Shown one piece after another: positions 16,975-26,501 of a stretch of 64,000 nt of DNA. Each line of letters begins with the position of its first letter. The stretch's first letter is position 1. Location of the stretch: the IMG/VR virus record IMGVR_UViG_3300035703_000005, positions 124,001 to 188,000 of that record; one strand, written 5' to 3'. The position numbers were made by a program, and so were the translations under genes. Below the pieces are notes generated by a model. That model had not been told where the DNA came from. It was given only the letters and a program-made list of their open reading frames with translations, and did not search any database.

Positions 16975-18105
16975 TCAGAACGGAGCGGGTTGGTCAAGGT
17001 CGTAAGTTACGTGCTCACCACCTTCAGAAGGCATTTTGAAATCAGCATCCACCTTGTCATAGAGTTCCAGGAAAGATTGCTTGGTCTCATCGTCAAAGCG
17101 ATTCACACACACTTGAATCGCTTTAGCCTTGTCATTGAAGATGCTGTAGGCACGGATGATATGAACCAGACGGCGGGTGCTGATGATTTCTTCAATACCA
17201 CCATCGTAAAAAGTCTTGCGGATAATGTCGGCCCAATCTGCGAGACGCTTACAGAAATTGGAATCATTTACACCAAGAGTTTGAGCAACTTTCTCAAGAA
17301 TCTTGACTTCATTTGCAACAGAAGGATATTCCTGTTCAAAGGTCACAGGGAAACGCTCAAGAAATGCTTCATTGAGAACGTTAGTACCGATAAAACGACC
17401 ATCATCCGAACCCTTACCTTTGGTATTTGCAGTAGCAACAACATTGAAACCAGAAGTAGGTTTAACGAACTTACCAATTTTCTTGAGGAAAACGCCTTTA
17501 CCTTCAAGAACAGATTGCAGACACAGAATTTTGTTAGAGGCAAGGTCAATTTCATCCAACAGGAGAATTGCGCCACGCTCAAGGGCTTCAATCACAGGGC
17601 CATTGTGCCAAGCGGTTTCACCGTTCACAAGACGGAAGCCACCAATCAGATCATCCTCATCAGTCTCAATGGTAATGTTAACACGGATTAGCTCCCGACC
17701 CAACTGAGCACAAGCTTGTTCCACTCCAAAAGTCTTCCCGTTACCGCTAAGACCAGTGATAAAGGTAGGGTAAAACAGACGACTGGAAATAATTTTCTTA
17801 ATGTCGTTAAAATTGCCAAACTTGACGAAGGTATCATCTTTTTCGGGAATAAGGTTTTGATGTACTTCAGGGAGAACTGCAACATTGTTAAAAGAACGCT
17901 CAATTTCTTCCACACGCTCTTGAGTCACTTCCAGATTCCAACGACCACGAGCAGTCTTAAAATTTTCAAGACGGCGAGTAACCGTAGGATAAGAAAGATT
18001 GTTCATCGCACAATAGGCTTTGACATCACCAGAAGTAATATCAGAACCATAAGTGGACTTAAGACCTTCCAGGATTTGATCGTCGTTCATTTGAAGGCGG
18101 GGCAT
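16975..18105 (-). CDS. cobS: CobS-like MoxR-family AAA+ ATPase
   Basis: GLSGNGKT, LLLDEID, ATANTKGKG, NEAFLERF, ISTRRL. Confidence 0.9.
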   Translation of the reverse strand: MPRLQMNDDQILEGLKSTYGSDITSGDVKAYCAMNNLSYPTVTRRLENFKTARGRWNLEVTQERVEEIERSFNNVAVLPEVHQNLIPEKDDTFVKFGNFNDIKKIISSRLFYPTFITGLSGNGKTFGVEQACAQLGRELIRVNITIETDEDDLIGGFRLVNGETAWHNGPVIEALERGAILLLDEIDLASNKILCLQSVLEGKGVFLKKIGKFVKPTSGFNVVATANTKGKGSDDGRFIGTNVLNEAFLERFPVTFEQEYPSVANEVKILEKVAQTLGVNDSNFCKRLADWADIIRKTFYDGGIEEIISTRRLVHIIRAYSIFNDKAKAIQVCVNRFDDETKQSFLELYDKVDADFKMPSEGGEHVTYDLDQPAPF

Positions 18106-18130
18106 TGTGTAGTGTGTTTTTCAACTGAGG

Positions 18131-18190
18131 CTATAATACGACAAAAAAAGGGGGGTTGGAAGCCCCCTTGTGCAGGTTTTCAAAGTGGCC
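18131..18190 (-). repeat. Intergenic element copy 1: imperfect palindrome, G/C hairpin, U tract and TATTAT box
   Basis: GGCCACTTTGAAAACCTGCAC-AAGGGGG...CCCCCCTTTTTTT-GTCGTATTATAG. Confidence 0.7.
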
Positions 18191-19045
18191 TCAGTCTCTT
18201 GCCGAGTGCATCATTTCTTCGCCGCGTTTTTTATCTTCACGGCGTTTTGCTACCTTTTGTGCAGGAGAAACTGCAGGTGCTTCTGGTTTTACTTTACCAG
18301 TGCGATCTTTTTTCTTTCCTCTTTCTTGAATTGCTCCACCAGCACCCATTCTACCAGCACCCATAACCTTGTGCATGTGTCTCATGACTTTTGAGTCAAG
18401 GTCATCGCCGCCCATGGTGCCACCTTTAACTACTGGTTTTCCAGTTTTATAATCCTTACCAGTTTTTTTCTCATAACGATTAAGTTCCATAATATCCTCA
18501 AACCAGGCTTCACTCATGTTGAGAATAATTTTATCGGCAGCTTCTTCAGTTGAAGCAAAACCTTCATCAAGAAGATAGGAAAAAACTAACTCATAAGCAT
18601 TAAAACTTTCAGCACTTACACCAGTTTTCTTCTGTCTTTCTGCCTTTTTACCTTTTGGTTTTCCACCAGAATCACTTGGACCACCATCAAAGTCTGGATC
18701 ATAACCAGTATGTCCGTATTCCGCCTCACCTCTTGCGTGATCTCTATCACTTTGAGTCATTCCACTTCTTCTACCTGAATAGGGAGAAGGTTTAGTTGAC
18801 TTCTTACCTCTATTTCCCGCATCAGGATTAAGAGTTCTGTAGTGGTGTTTTTCTGCAGATTTTACTTTTGCAGTCTTTTCACCTCTTTTTGAAAATCCAC
18901 TTGCAGGAGTAGATCTTCTCTTATTAGCAAGGGAACCATAAGCAGCAGTTGCTTTTGGAGTTTGTCCATAAGAACCTTCTGCTTCATCAAGTTGACCAAC
19001 CTGACTATAAGCTTCTTGCAATCCCTGTAAATGTTCTGCGTCCAT
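18191..19045 (-). CDS. Basic modular late protein (MDAxxLxxLQEAY family), paralogue 1
   Basis: Start set at MDAEHLQ after CTAAATA (19065-19071); shares the YLLDEGFA...NMSEAW module with 21406..21981. Confidence 0.8.
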   Translation of the reverse strand: MDAEHLQGLQEAYSQVGQLDEAEGSYGQTPKATAAYGSLANKRRSTPASGFSKRGEKTAKVKSAEKHHYRTLNPDAGNRGKKSTKPSPYSGRRSGMTQSDRDHARGEAEYGHTGYDPDFDGGPSDSGGKPKGKKAERQKKTGVSAESFNAYELVFSYLLDEGFASTEEAADKIILNMSEAWFEDIMELNRYEKKTGKDYKTGKPVVKGGTMGGDDLDSKVMRHMHKVMGAGRMGAGGAIQERGKKKDRTGKVKPEAPAVSPAQKVAKRREDKKRGEEMMHSARD

Positions 19046-19072
19046 TTTTACAATACTTTTTAAGTATTTAGT

Positions 19073-19096
19073 AAAAAAGGAGGGTTTCCCCTCCTC
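19073..19096 (-). terminator. Intrinsic terminator fused to a late promoter
   Basis: GAGGAGGGGAAACCCTCCTTTTT immediately followed by ACTAAATA. Confidence 0.75.
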
Positions 19097-21305
19097 ATGC
19101 AACTAGTTCAATGAACTCTCCAAGAACTTTTTTATTCATTTTTTTACACTTCAGTGACTTAGCGAAGGCAGTTCGGATTTGAGTTTTACTTGCATCATCT
19201 GAAACATCAAACTCCGTCTCGTTAGAAAGAGCCGAACCGGAAAGTCCAAAGTATGCATGATATCCGGATTTCTTAATTGCAAAAGATTTATTCTTTTTCC
19301 AGTCATTCATGATTTCATTATACTCCTTATTTTCCTGATAGTAACCAAAAGAATAATCGGAACTCTCATAGTAACGACGAATAAAACTTCCCGCATCACG
19401 ACCTTCTAGAACCCGAATACCAATAAAGTTTATATCAGTGAAACGATCACGAAGATTACGAAGAAGAACATCAGTAAAACTAGTATAATCTCCTTCCAAC
19501 TTATAAGTAGAACCGATCTTACGATCACGAAGAATTGTATTGGATCCGATAGAGTTCAGACCAATGTACACTTCCTCAGTATCATAATTAAAACGACCTT
19601 TGAATTCCTTATGAAATTTAAGAGGTGCAGCTTCACCATCAGTCAGAACAACACATTGAACTTTCTGAAGTTTATTTTCCCGTTGAAATTGAGGAAGAAT
19701 TTGATGAAGTGCAACCAAAGTTTCATTCAAGGGAGTTCCAGAAAGAGAGAGACGGTGTGGATGACTGTACTCAGGTGCATTATTATAACTGTACTTAAAC
19801 TCTTTAGCTAACCTAAAGATATTGATCATCTGTTCTTCAAGAACACGATTATTTACTTTACTAGTAAACAAGTTCATGAGTGAAAAAGTTTCATCTACAT
19901 AGATCAATCCGTGTTTCTTTTCATAATGCGGTTTCATAGATTTTGGACGATGATTTTCATCATAGTCATAACGACGCCACTCATTAGTAAAAGCATAGAC
20001 CTCAAACGGAATCGCAACTTTCTTACAAAACCACATCAAGTTATAAAGTTGTTTGAGAGTGTCCATCATCACTTGAGACATGGAACCAGACCAATCCAGA
20101 ACAAATACAAGACCATGATTCTTACCATTAGAAAGAGTGGTGACTTTCTTGAAAAGATCTTCATTGTATTTGTAAGTATGAAGTTTAGAACAGTCCAGAA
20201 CACCAGTACGAGCGGTTGTAGCACGGGCATAAGAATCTGCTGCCTTACGACACTCAAACTCTTTCACAAGATAATTAACTTCTTTCTGCGCAGAACGCTT
20301 GAATTCCCGATACTCTTTATCTACCTCACCAAAAAGATATTCTTTGGGATTGTGTTCATAAGAATATTTTGCAATAGTTTTTTCCCACCAATCGTTGATC
20401 TCTTTATGAACTTCAACATTTAAACCAATAACACTATCGAGATTAAGTTTAGGAAGTTCCAGATAAGTGTTTTCTGACCCATTCATGTTCACAAGATCAC
20501 GAAGAGCTTCTTCTAGATTGTCAGCGGTTTTAACTTCAGGTTCGGCGGATTCTCCACCAAGATTTGAACTAGTATCAGTAGGGGAATCCATTTTATCATC
20601 CGACTGACCATCAGAGGACGCCTGGCCACCCTCTCCAGAAGTTTCCAAGTCATCCTCCTGAGAAGGATTTTGTTCCTCTTGAGGCGCACTTTCCGACCCA
20701 TTGCCAGGAGTTGATTGAAGATTATCAAAAGAATCAATTTTAATTTGTTCTTTATCCTTCCTCTTACAATACTCGTAAAGTTTTACGGCAGCTGCAATCG
20801 CATCATCAAAAGTTTCTGCATCAGCAACCATATTCAGGATTTCAGTTTCTTCACCCCGTTCAATAGGAATCTGAGTGAACCCACCAATCTTAAACCACAG
20901 ATTTACGCGATCTGCAAGATTGTAGGTAGAGATATCATCGTCTTTGATTTGAAAAAAATCGTCCTCATGCAGTTCTTTATAACCTGCGAAGAAAGATTTG
21001 TTCAGACCCGCATAACGACGCTTCATCATCTTCTCAATACGAGCGTCTTCCGTCACATTCACGAATTGTTGAGGAATCGTAAACTTCTTACTCCAATCTT
21101 CATTAGGAGTATAGAGAGCATGACCCACTTCATGACCAACAAGCATGTCATAGACTGCGTTAGAAGCTTTCTCCCACATCGGAAGAGTCAGAACGCGAGT
21201 GTCTACATTGAAACATGCAGTAGGAACTTGTTTGTGTTCTACCACAAGGTCTTCTGTTGCGAGAAGACGAGCGAGTTGACCTTTGACTTCGTGATTAACA
21301 GGCAT
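19095..21305 (-). CDS. CobT-like protein: N-terminal HExxH domain, acidic linker, C-terminal VWA
   Basis: HEVGHAL and EDARIE; MIDAS DWSGSM, GTPL, LTDGE; partner of the cobS-like ATPase; start set at MPVNHEVKG. Confidence 0.85.
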   Translation of the reverse strand: MPVNHEVKGQLARLLATEDLVVEHKQVPTACFNVDTRVLTLPMWEKASNAVYDMLVGHEVGHALYTPNEDWSKKFTIPQQFVNVTEDARIEKMMKRRYAGLNKSFFAGYKELHEDDFFQIKDDDISTYNLADRVNLWFKIGGFTQIPIERGEETEILNMVADAETFDDAIAAAVKLYEYCKRKDKEQIKIDSFDNLQSTPGNGSESAPQEEQNPSQEDDLETSGEGGQASSDGQSDDKMDSPTDTSSNLGGESAEPEVKTADNLEEALRDLVNMNGSENTYLELPKLNLDSVIGLNVEVHKEINDWWEKTIAKYSYEHNPKEYLFGEVDKEYREFKRSAQKEVNYLVKEFECRKAADSYARATTARTGVLDCSKLHTYKYNEDLFKKVTTLSNGKNHGLVFVLDWSGSMSQVMMDTLKQLYNLMWFCKKVAIPFEVYAFTNEWRRYDYDENHRPKSMKPHYEKKHGLIYVDETFSLMNLFTSKVNNRVLEEQMINIFRLAKEFKYSYNNAPEYSHPHRLSLSGTPLNETLVALHQILPQFQRENKLQKVQCVVLTDGEAAPLKFHKEFKGRFNYDTEEVYIGLNSIGSNTILRDRKIGSTYKLEGDYTSFTDVLLRNLRDRFTDINFIGIRVLEGRDAGSFIRRYYESSDYSFGYYQENKEYNEIMNDWKKNKSFAIKKSGYHAYFGLSGSALSNETEFDVSDDASKTQIRTAFAKSLKCKKMNKKVLGEFIELVA

Positions 21306-21325
21306 GAACTTTGTTTCGTATGCGA

Positions 21326-21384
21326 CTATAATACACAAAAAAGGGGGGTCAAACCCCCCTAGTGTGCCAGTTTGGAAAGTGGTC
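21326..21384 (-). repeat. Intergenic element copy 2
   Basis: GACCACTTTCCAAACTGGCAC-ACTAGGGGGG...CCCCCCTTTTTT-GTGTATTATAG. Confidence 0.7.
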
Positions 21385-21405
21385 TTCAACCATTAAGATT
21401 TTAAT

Positions 21406-21981
21406 TTACCAATTATCCTGAAGTTCATTACTTCTAGGTCTTCCCGCATCTCTTTTACGTCCTCCTGTTCGTCTATTATCGTCCTCTTTTCTTTGAGATC
21501 TATTAGGATTATGAGCATCAGCAACCTTGCCCATTTTTGCAACTCGTTTTGGATTGCTATGCCTTGCAGATTGGTTTATCATTTTGCCTACAGGAAGTTT
21601 TTTATATCCTTCATCAACAATCTCTTCTCTCCACTCCTCACTCATATTTACCATAATTACTTGTGCTGCTTCTGGTGTTTCGGCATATCCTTCATCAAGA
21701 AGATGTGAGAGAATGATATCGTAGTAATCATAACTATCAGATACAGCAATACGACTATCCTTTACTTCTTTACCTGCTCTTCTTCTTGCTCTATTACCAG
21801 AACCAACATCTTCTGGTTTTTGTCTTTTACGAGCACTAAGTTTTCTAAGAGTTTCAACATCTCTTAGTTTTCTATCAAGTAAATCAGATGCCTTTTGTTT
21901 GCGAGCACCAGTAAGTTCTTCATCAACCTGATGAACTTGATTATATGCTTCTTGAAGATTGCAAAGTTCTTGTGCGTCCAT
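21406..21981 (-). CDS. Basic modular late protein (MDAxxLxxLQEAY family), paralogue 2
   Basis: MDAQELCNLQEAYNQV; YDIILSHLLDEGYAETPEAAQVIMVNMSEEW; TATAAATA at 22002-22009. Confidence 0.8.
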   Translation of the reverse strand: MDAQELCNLQEAYNQVHQVDEELTGARKQKASDLLDRKLRDVETLRKLSARKRQKPEDVGSGNRARRRAGKEVKDSRIAVSDSYDYYDIILSHLLDEGYAETPEAAQVIMVNMSEEWREEIVDEGYKKLPVGKMINQSARHSNPKRVAKMGKVADAHNPNRSQRKEDDNRRTGGRKRDAGRPRSNELQDNW

Positions 21982-21996
21982 CTTATGAGATACTTT

Positions 21997-22140
21997 TTAG
22001 ATATTTATAAAAGAAGAAGCGCCCTGTGAGAGGCGCTTCTTGAGTGCTTGGCGTCTTGCCTTCGCTTGTCGCAGTGCTTGTGGTTTAAGTTTTCGTTTTT
22101 GTTCCTTCTTGGAATGGTGTTGCCAGTTTGGTGTGGTCAT
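21997..22140 (-). CDS. Small basic hypothetical protein (47 aa), not in ORF track
   Basis: MTTPNWQHHSKKEQKRKLKPQALRQAKARRQALKKRL...; ATGA overlap with the gp46 stop. Confidence 0.7.
   Translation of the reverse strand: MTTPNWQHHSKKEQKRKLKPQALRQAKARRQALKKRLSQGASSFINI
22006..22041 (-). terminator. Terminator-like hairpin running into a late promoter
   Basis: AAGAAGCGCC-8 nt-GGCGCTTCTT then CTTTTATAAATA. Confidence 0.65.
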
Positions 22141-23855
22141 GACACGAGTTTACTGAATCCTTTTACTTTATCAAATTTCATCACCTTGTCAAATTTATCC
22201 ATGAGGTCGTCGGTCTTATGTGAGATTACGAACACATGAGCATCCTGAATGACATAACGAATAATATTTGTGAAAAAATCTGTTCCTGCACCATCCAAAG
22301 AACTATCAAAGATTTCGTCTAAGATGAGAAGATTTGTACTGGCCGAGTTCCTAAGTTTGGCAATATCCCGCCAAGTAAACAAGAGAGAAAGGTCAATACG
22401 CATCTTCTCACCTTCACTAAACGATTCATAACTAAAATCTTCGTGAACTGGTGACTTGATAACCTCCTTAAACTCTTCATCCAATGTGAAATTGATGTAG
22501 AAGTCCATCATCTGTAGATACTTGTTTATCTGCTGATTCATAAGAGGCAGATACTTTTTGATGATTTTGGACTTTACTCCACCATCTTTCATCAATGAAT
22601 GAGCGAACTCGTAATAATTAACTTGTTCCTTTTCCTTAGATCTTTCTTTTTCTAATGTTTCAAGATCCGTTATTAAGTTTTCAAGGGCTTTGCGTTCAGA
22701 ATTTCGGTTTTGAACTTGTTCGGTAATTTCTTGAATTTCGTTTCGTAGATTCCTGATTTGTCTGTTAAGCCCAGTAATTTTAACATTGTTGTGTGAAATG
22801 TCATTGTTGAGTCTGTTAATCTCCGTAGAATAAGATAAAAATTGTTGATCTTTTTCTAGTTCTACATTGATTGCATCCTCCAACTCTTGGTATCCGCCAT
22901 TGAGTTCTTTGGATTTCTCCTCAATATCTACAATCTTATCTAGGCGAAATTTTTCCTCAATACTTTGCGTACATGTAGGACAAACCGAATTCTCCTGAAA
23001 AAACTTATGTTCAGAAACTAGTGTTTGTATTTTTTGTTCAAGTTTAGCTTTGATTTGATTTAATTTTTTTAGAGTTGAATTTGTACTAGTAAGTTCTTCC
23101 AACTTTGGTTGAAGATCTCTTTCAATCATTACCAAAGTAGCTTCATTATCAGTAGTCAATTCATCAATTTCATTCTCAATAGTTTGAATATTTTCTTCTT
23201 TTCTTTTGATACGATCTTTTCCACTTTTGTCAAGATCTTTGATGAAGTTCTCTTGCATCTCAATCTTATCCTCAATCATTTCTTTTTTGATTGAATATTC
23301 ACGAATGAGTTCATTAGTGCGTCTCATTCTTTCTTTCAGGATATTATTCATAGTAGAGAAAATCTTGATATCAAGAAGATCTTCTACAATTTCTCTACGA
23401 TGAGCAGAAGTCAACTGCATAAATGGAACAAAAGTTGCAGATCCAAGAATAACTGTCTGCGTGAAAGACTTATAGTTTAATTTTAGAATACTTTCCTCAA
23501 GTTTCTTTTGTTGATCTTGAGCTGCGGAATCTTGATTTTGAACAGTTCCGTCTATCGAGATCTCAAAAATATTCGGTTTAATTCCTCTTACTACCTTATA
23601 GTCTTTATTTCCAATCGTGAATTCAATTTCCACAAGACAATCCTTCTCATTCACAGAGTTAATGAGTTGAGGTTTATTAATCTTACGGAATGGTTTGTTA
23701 TACAGTACAAAAGTAAGAGCATCCAAAATGGTACTCTTACCAGAACCATTAGTTCCGACAATTAGATTTGTTTGAGCGTCTTGAAAATTTACTTCAGTAA
23801 ATTGATTTCCAGTGGAAAGAAAATTACGCCAACGAATTGTTTTAAAAATAATCAC
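22137..23855 (-). CDS. gp46: Rad50/SbcC-like recombination ATPase (gp46)
   Basis: GTNGSGKST, CPTC hook, FSEGEKMR, LDEIFDSSLD, ISH. Confidence 0.97.
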   Translation of the reverse strand: MIIFKTIRWRNFLSTGNQFTEVNFQDAQTNLIVGTNGSGKSTILDALTFVLYNKPFRKINKPQLINSVNEKDCLVEIEFTIGNKDYKVVRGIKPNIFEISIDGTVQNQDSAAQDQQKKLEESILKLNYKSFTQTVILGSATFVPFMQLTSAHRREIVEDLLDIKIFSTMNNILKERMRRTNELIREYSIKKEMIEDKIEMQENFIKDLDKSGKDRIKRKEENIQTIENEIDELTTDNEATLVMIERDLQPKLEELTSTNSTLKKLNQIKAKLEQKIQTLVSEHKFFQENSVCPTCTQSIEEKFRLDKIVDIEEKSKELNGGYQELEDAINVELEKDQQFLSYSTEINRLNNDISHNNVKITGLNRQIRNLRNEIQEITEQVQNRNSERKALENLITDLETLEKERSKEKEQVNYYEFAHSLMKDGGVKSKIIKKYLPLMNQQINKYLQMMDFYINFTLDEEFKEVIKSPVHEDFSYESFSEGEKMRIDLSLLFTWRDIAKLRNSASTNLLILDEIFDSSLDGAGTDFFTNIIRYVIQDAHVFVISHKTDDLMDKFDKVMKFDKVKGFSKLVS

Positions 23856-23888
23856 TTTCAGTTTTGTATAATTTATAAAGAATAATTT

Positions 23889-25169
23889 TTAATTCCTTTC
23901 CGGAAAATAGTCTTGTCTAGTTCCAGATCTACTAATATCACTAGTAATGCAATGAATTCCACCATCCCAAAAATATCTGTGACGGAAATTGAGTACATGT
24001 GGTGTTATTCCATGTCTTTCAAAAGCCTCGAAAACTTTTTCATTATAGTTATTAACTATAACATTGGTTGGATTTACTATTAACATATTAACATCAAATA
24101 TAGTCTCTTCGACATATATTACCCAATCTTTCAACCAAGTTTCAACATAGTCTGTAAAATCATCATTAAGTTCTTCACCGGGAACCCACCATTTACCTTC
24201 ATTTTTTCTTTTCAAATCAATAAATTCTTTAATTTTTAAATTTTCATCACCCTGGGATGGCAAATAGACAACTTCCCAATCTGGAAAAGTTTTAGAATAA
24301 TTTTGAACTTCGTGTAAAGAAATTATTAATCCTGGTTTGACTGGAGTATAAGCAGCATCACCATGAGTATTTGCTTTAACCAAGTGCATTCTATAATCTG
24401 GAAAATATTCTTCTTTTAATTCCGAATATATTTTTTTTAAATTTTCGTATGAAAATTTATTATCAGGAACAGTAGAAGAATAATATAAGTCTTTTCCTAA
24501 TCTAGTTACACAAGCACTATTGACAAATTTATCATAAACAATATTGTTTCCATGATCTTTAATATAATTTTCAATAGTATTAAAGGTGTTAAATTTTTTA
24601 TTATTAGGAAAAGTTTCCAATGGGTTATGATTAACCGATGCAAGTATACCTTTAAAAGAATCTAATACCTTCTGCCTCATATATTTTGGCATTTGCAATA
24701 ATTTTGCTTTAAAAATTTTAGAAAATATTTCTTTCTCTTTTACTGATAAATTTTTTATTTCTCGTATGTCTTCTATTTTTGTGAAAAAGTTAGTGTCACA
24801 AACATAAGTAAAATTCCATTGATAAACAAAAGATCTCCAAAGTACTTCCATGCCATAATTGCCACCAGGCATGAAAAATGTTTCTCCAATCATGGCAGTA
24901 TGATCCCTCGGAGTCATTGGTGGAGGAGAGTATGATCCTGCCCAATAATGATCTTCAGGATTATCCGAGATATCAGTTCTCAAAACTTTTACATTAAAGG
25001 ATTCCAAAATAGATATTAATTTTTGATAATCCTCTTCCGTTTCTATAGCTATACGTTCCATGACAGAACGAGCTTTTGGGTTTTTAATAAAACTATAAAA
25101 TTCTGGAGGATAACTGCGGCCTACTGCACAAACTTGCAAAGGATCCCAATGTTGATGAACTGATAACAT
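23889..25169 (-). CDS. Amidinotransferase-superfamily enzyme (glycine/inosamine amidinotransferase-like)
   Basis: WDPLQVCAVG, PRDH, HGDA, FDVNML, FWDGGIHCIT; late promoter at 25197-25203. Confidence 0.85.
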   Translation of the reverse strand: MLSVHQHWDPLQVCAVGRSYPPEFYSFIKNPKARSVMERIAIETEEDYQKLISILESFNVKVLRTDISDNPEDHYWAGSYSPPPMTPRDHTAMIGETFFMPGGNYGMEVLWRSFVYQWNFTYVCDTNFFTKIEDIREIKNLSVKEKEIFSKIFKAKLLQMPKYMRQKVLDSFKGILASVNHNPLETFPNNKKFNTFNTIENYIKDHGNNIVYDKFVNSACVTRLGKDLYYSSTVPDNKFSYENLKKIYSELKEEYFPDYRMHLVKANTHGDAAYTPVKPGLIISLHEVQNYSKTFPDWEVVYLPSQGDENLKIKEFIDLKRKNEGKWWVPGEELNDDFTDYVETWLKDWVIYVEETIFDVNMLIVNPTNVIVNNYNEKVFEAFERHGITPHVLNFRHRYFWDGGIHCITSDISRSGTRQDYFPERN

Positions 25170-25195
25170 AATAACTAATTTTAAAAAATATCGAA

Positions 25196-25453
25196 TTATT
25201 TATTTCTGGGTGGAATAACGAAATCTTCAGGAGTGATGATAGCATATTTGTAATTATACTGGTGACAAGTGTTTATTGCAAGTTCCGGATCAACTTCAAC
25301 AACTTCCATTTCTGGATAATCATCTGCTTCTAAAAGTCCAGCAAATCTTTCTGCATCATCTTCATCTTGAAAAAAATATAATGTTTTTTCGCCATAAGGA
25401 TCTGATACAGCGTATGCCCCATCTTCATCTCCGTATTGCGTAATCATGTACAT
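25196..25453 (-). CDS. Conserved hypothetical protein
   Basis: GAYAV...FQDEDDAERFAGLL...VIPP; located between gp47 and gp46. Confidence 0.75.
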   Translation of the reverse strand: MYMITQYGDEDGAYAVSDPYGEKTLYFFQDEDDAERFAGLLEADDYPEMEVVEVDPELAINTCHQYNYKYAIITPEDFVIPPRNK

Positions 25454-25454
25454 A

Positions 25455-26501
25455 TTATTCTATTTCGCAAGCTTCTTGATAGACTTCTCGCAAAAGTTTT
25501 TTGACTTTCTCTTTATCTAAGTCAAAATCAGAGTCTTCAACATATTTATTTAAAATGGTGATGGTATCCTCAATTTTTTCTTGATCAAAGTCCACGTCAT
25601 CGTCATTAACTTCAAAGTTTTCAACGATTTTAATATCTACAACTCCAGTCTTATAGATCTTATTCACAAACTTTTCAAAAAGAAGTTGATCAGATTTTTT
25701 GCGGACAATTATTTTAACAATCTTATCTTTACAGGAAGTTGCATTGAATAACTTTGGATTTTGATCCTCATAATAAATTCTTTCAAACATATTATAGGGG
25801 TTCTGAACAAACTCTAGTTCAAAAGTTTCAGTATCAAAGAAATTAAATCCTCTCTTATCATCCACATCATTCCAATATAATTGATATGGATTTCCCAAAT
25901 AAAAGACCTTTCCATTATTAGAACGAGTATGATAGTGACCAGAACAAACAATTCTAAAATTATCAAATAGATTTGCTTCCATTCCATGTTGTTGAACATT
26001 TCCTGGATAAACACTAAATCCTTGAAGTTCAAGGTGTCCAAATGCAGCTTTTGCTTTGGTTTTAGAAAGTTTTTCTAAAGTCTCTTCATGATTTTCAGGA
26101 GAAATCCAGGGAATCATGAATGTTTTTAATCCCGCAACTTCATACTCACCAGGACTAGAAATGGGAACAATGTTATCATACTCTCTCAACAGGGACTCAA
26201 TAGAGTTGACTTCATTGGTATTTTTATAATACGCATCATGATTACCAACGATTTGATATACTTTGATTCCCAAATCGCGGAAACGATCGTAAACATTTTC
26301 TTTTGCCCAGTTTAGGGCCCAAAAATCTACACTTTTACGATTATCAAATGCATCACCCAAATGAATACAATGTTTGATATTTCTCTTTTCTAATTCTGGA
26401 AAAAAGACATCCTCATAAAACTTTTTAAAATAATCATGAAAAGTTTTACTGGATTTTCTCGCACCATAGTGAGTATCCGTAACACAAGCAATTAAAGTCA
26501 T
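25455..26501 (-). CDS. gp47: Mre11/SbcD-like recombination nuclease (gp47)
   Basis: DTHYG, GDAFD, GNHD, GHLE, GHYH. Confidence 0.96.
   Translation of the reverse strand: MTLIACVTDTHYGARKSSKTFHDYFKKFYEDVFFPELEKRNIKHCIHLGDAFDNRKSVDFWALNWAKENVYDRFRDLGIKVYQIVGNHDAYYKNTNEVNSIESLLREYDNIVPISSPGEYEVAGLKTFMIPWISPENHEETLEKLSKTKAKAAFGHLELQGFSVYPGNVQQHGMEANLFDNFRIVCSGHYHTRSNNGKVFYLGNPYQLYWNDVDDKRGFNFFDTETFELEFVQNPYNMFERIYYEDQNPKLFNATSCKDKIVKIIVRKKSDQLLFEKFVNKIYKTGVVDIKIVENFEVNDDDVDFDQEKIEDTITILNKYVEDSDFDLDKEKVKKLLREVYQEACEIE

Noticed and set aside
16990-18366. Long plus-strand ORFs (233 aa and 216 aa) opposite cobS, and similar ones opposite other core genes
   Set aside because: They have no recognisable motifs, promoters or SD, and fully overlap conserved minus-strand genes.
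16975-21305. Cobalamin biosynthesis as an auxiliary pathway
   Set aside because: No cobN or other cob genes are in the window; the architecture fits a general MoxR/VWA pair.
19046-21389. Longer N-termini given in the ORF track (19102, 21389; also 5799, 6350, 10842, 14861, 16969, 28983)
   Set aside because: The extensions run through terminators, promoters or upstream genes; downstream ATGs fit coupling and family N-termini better.
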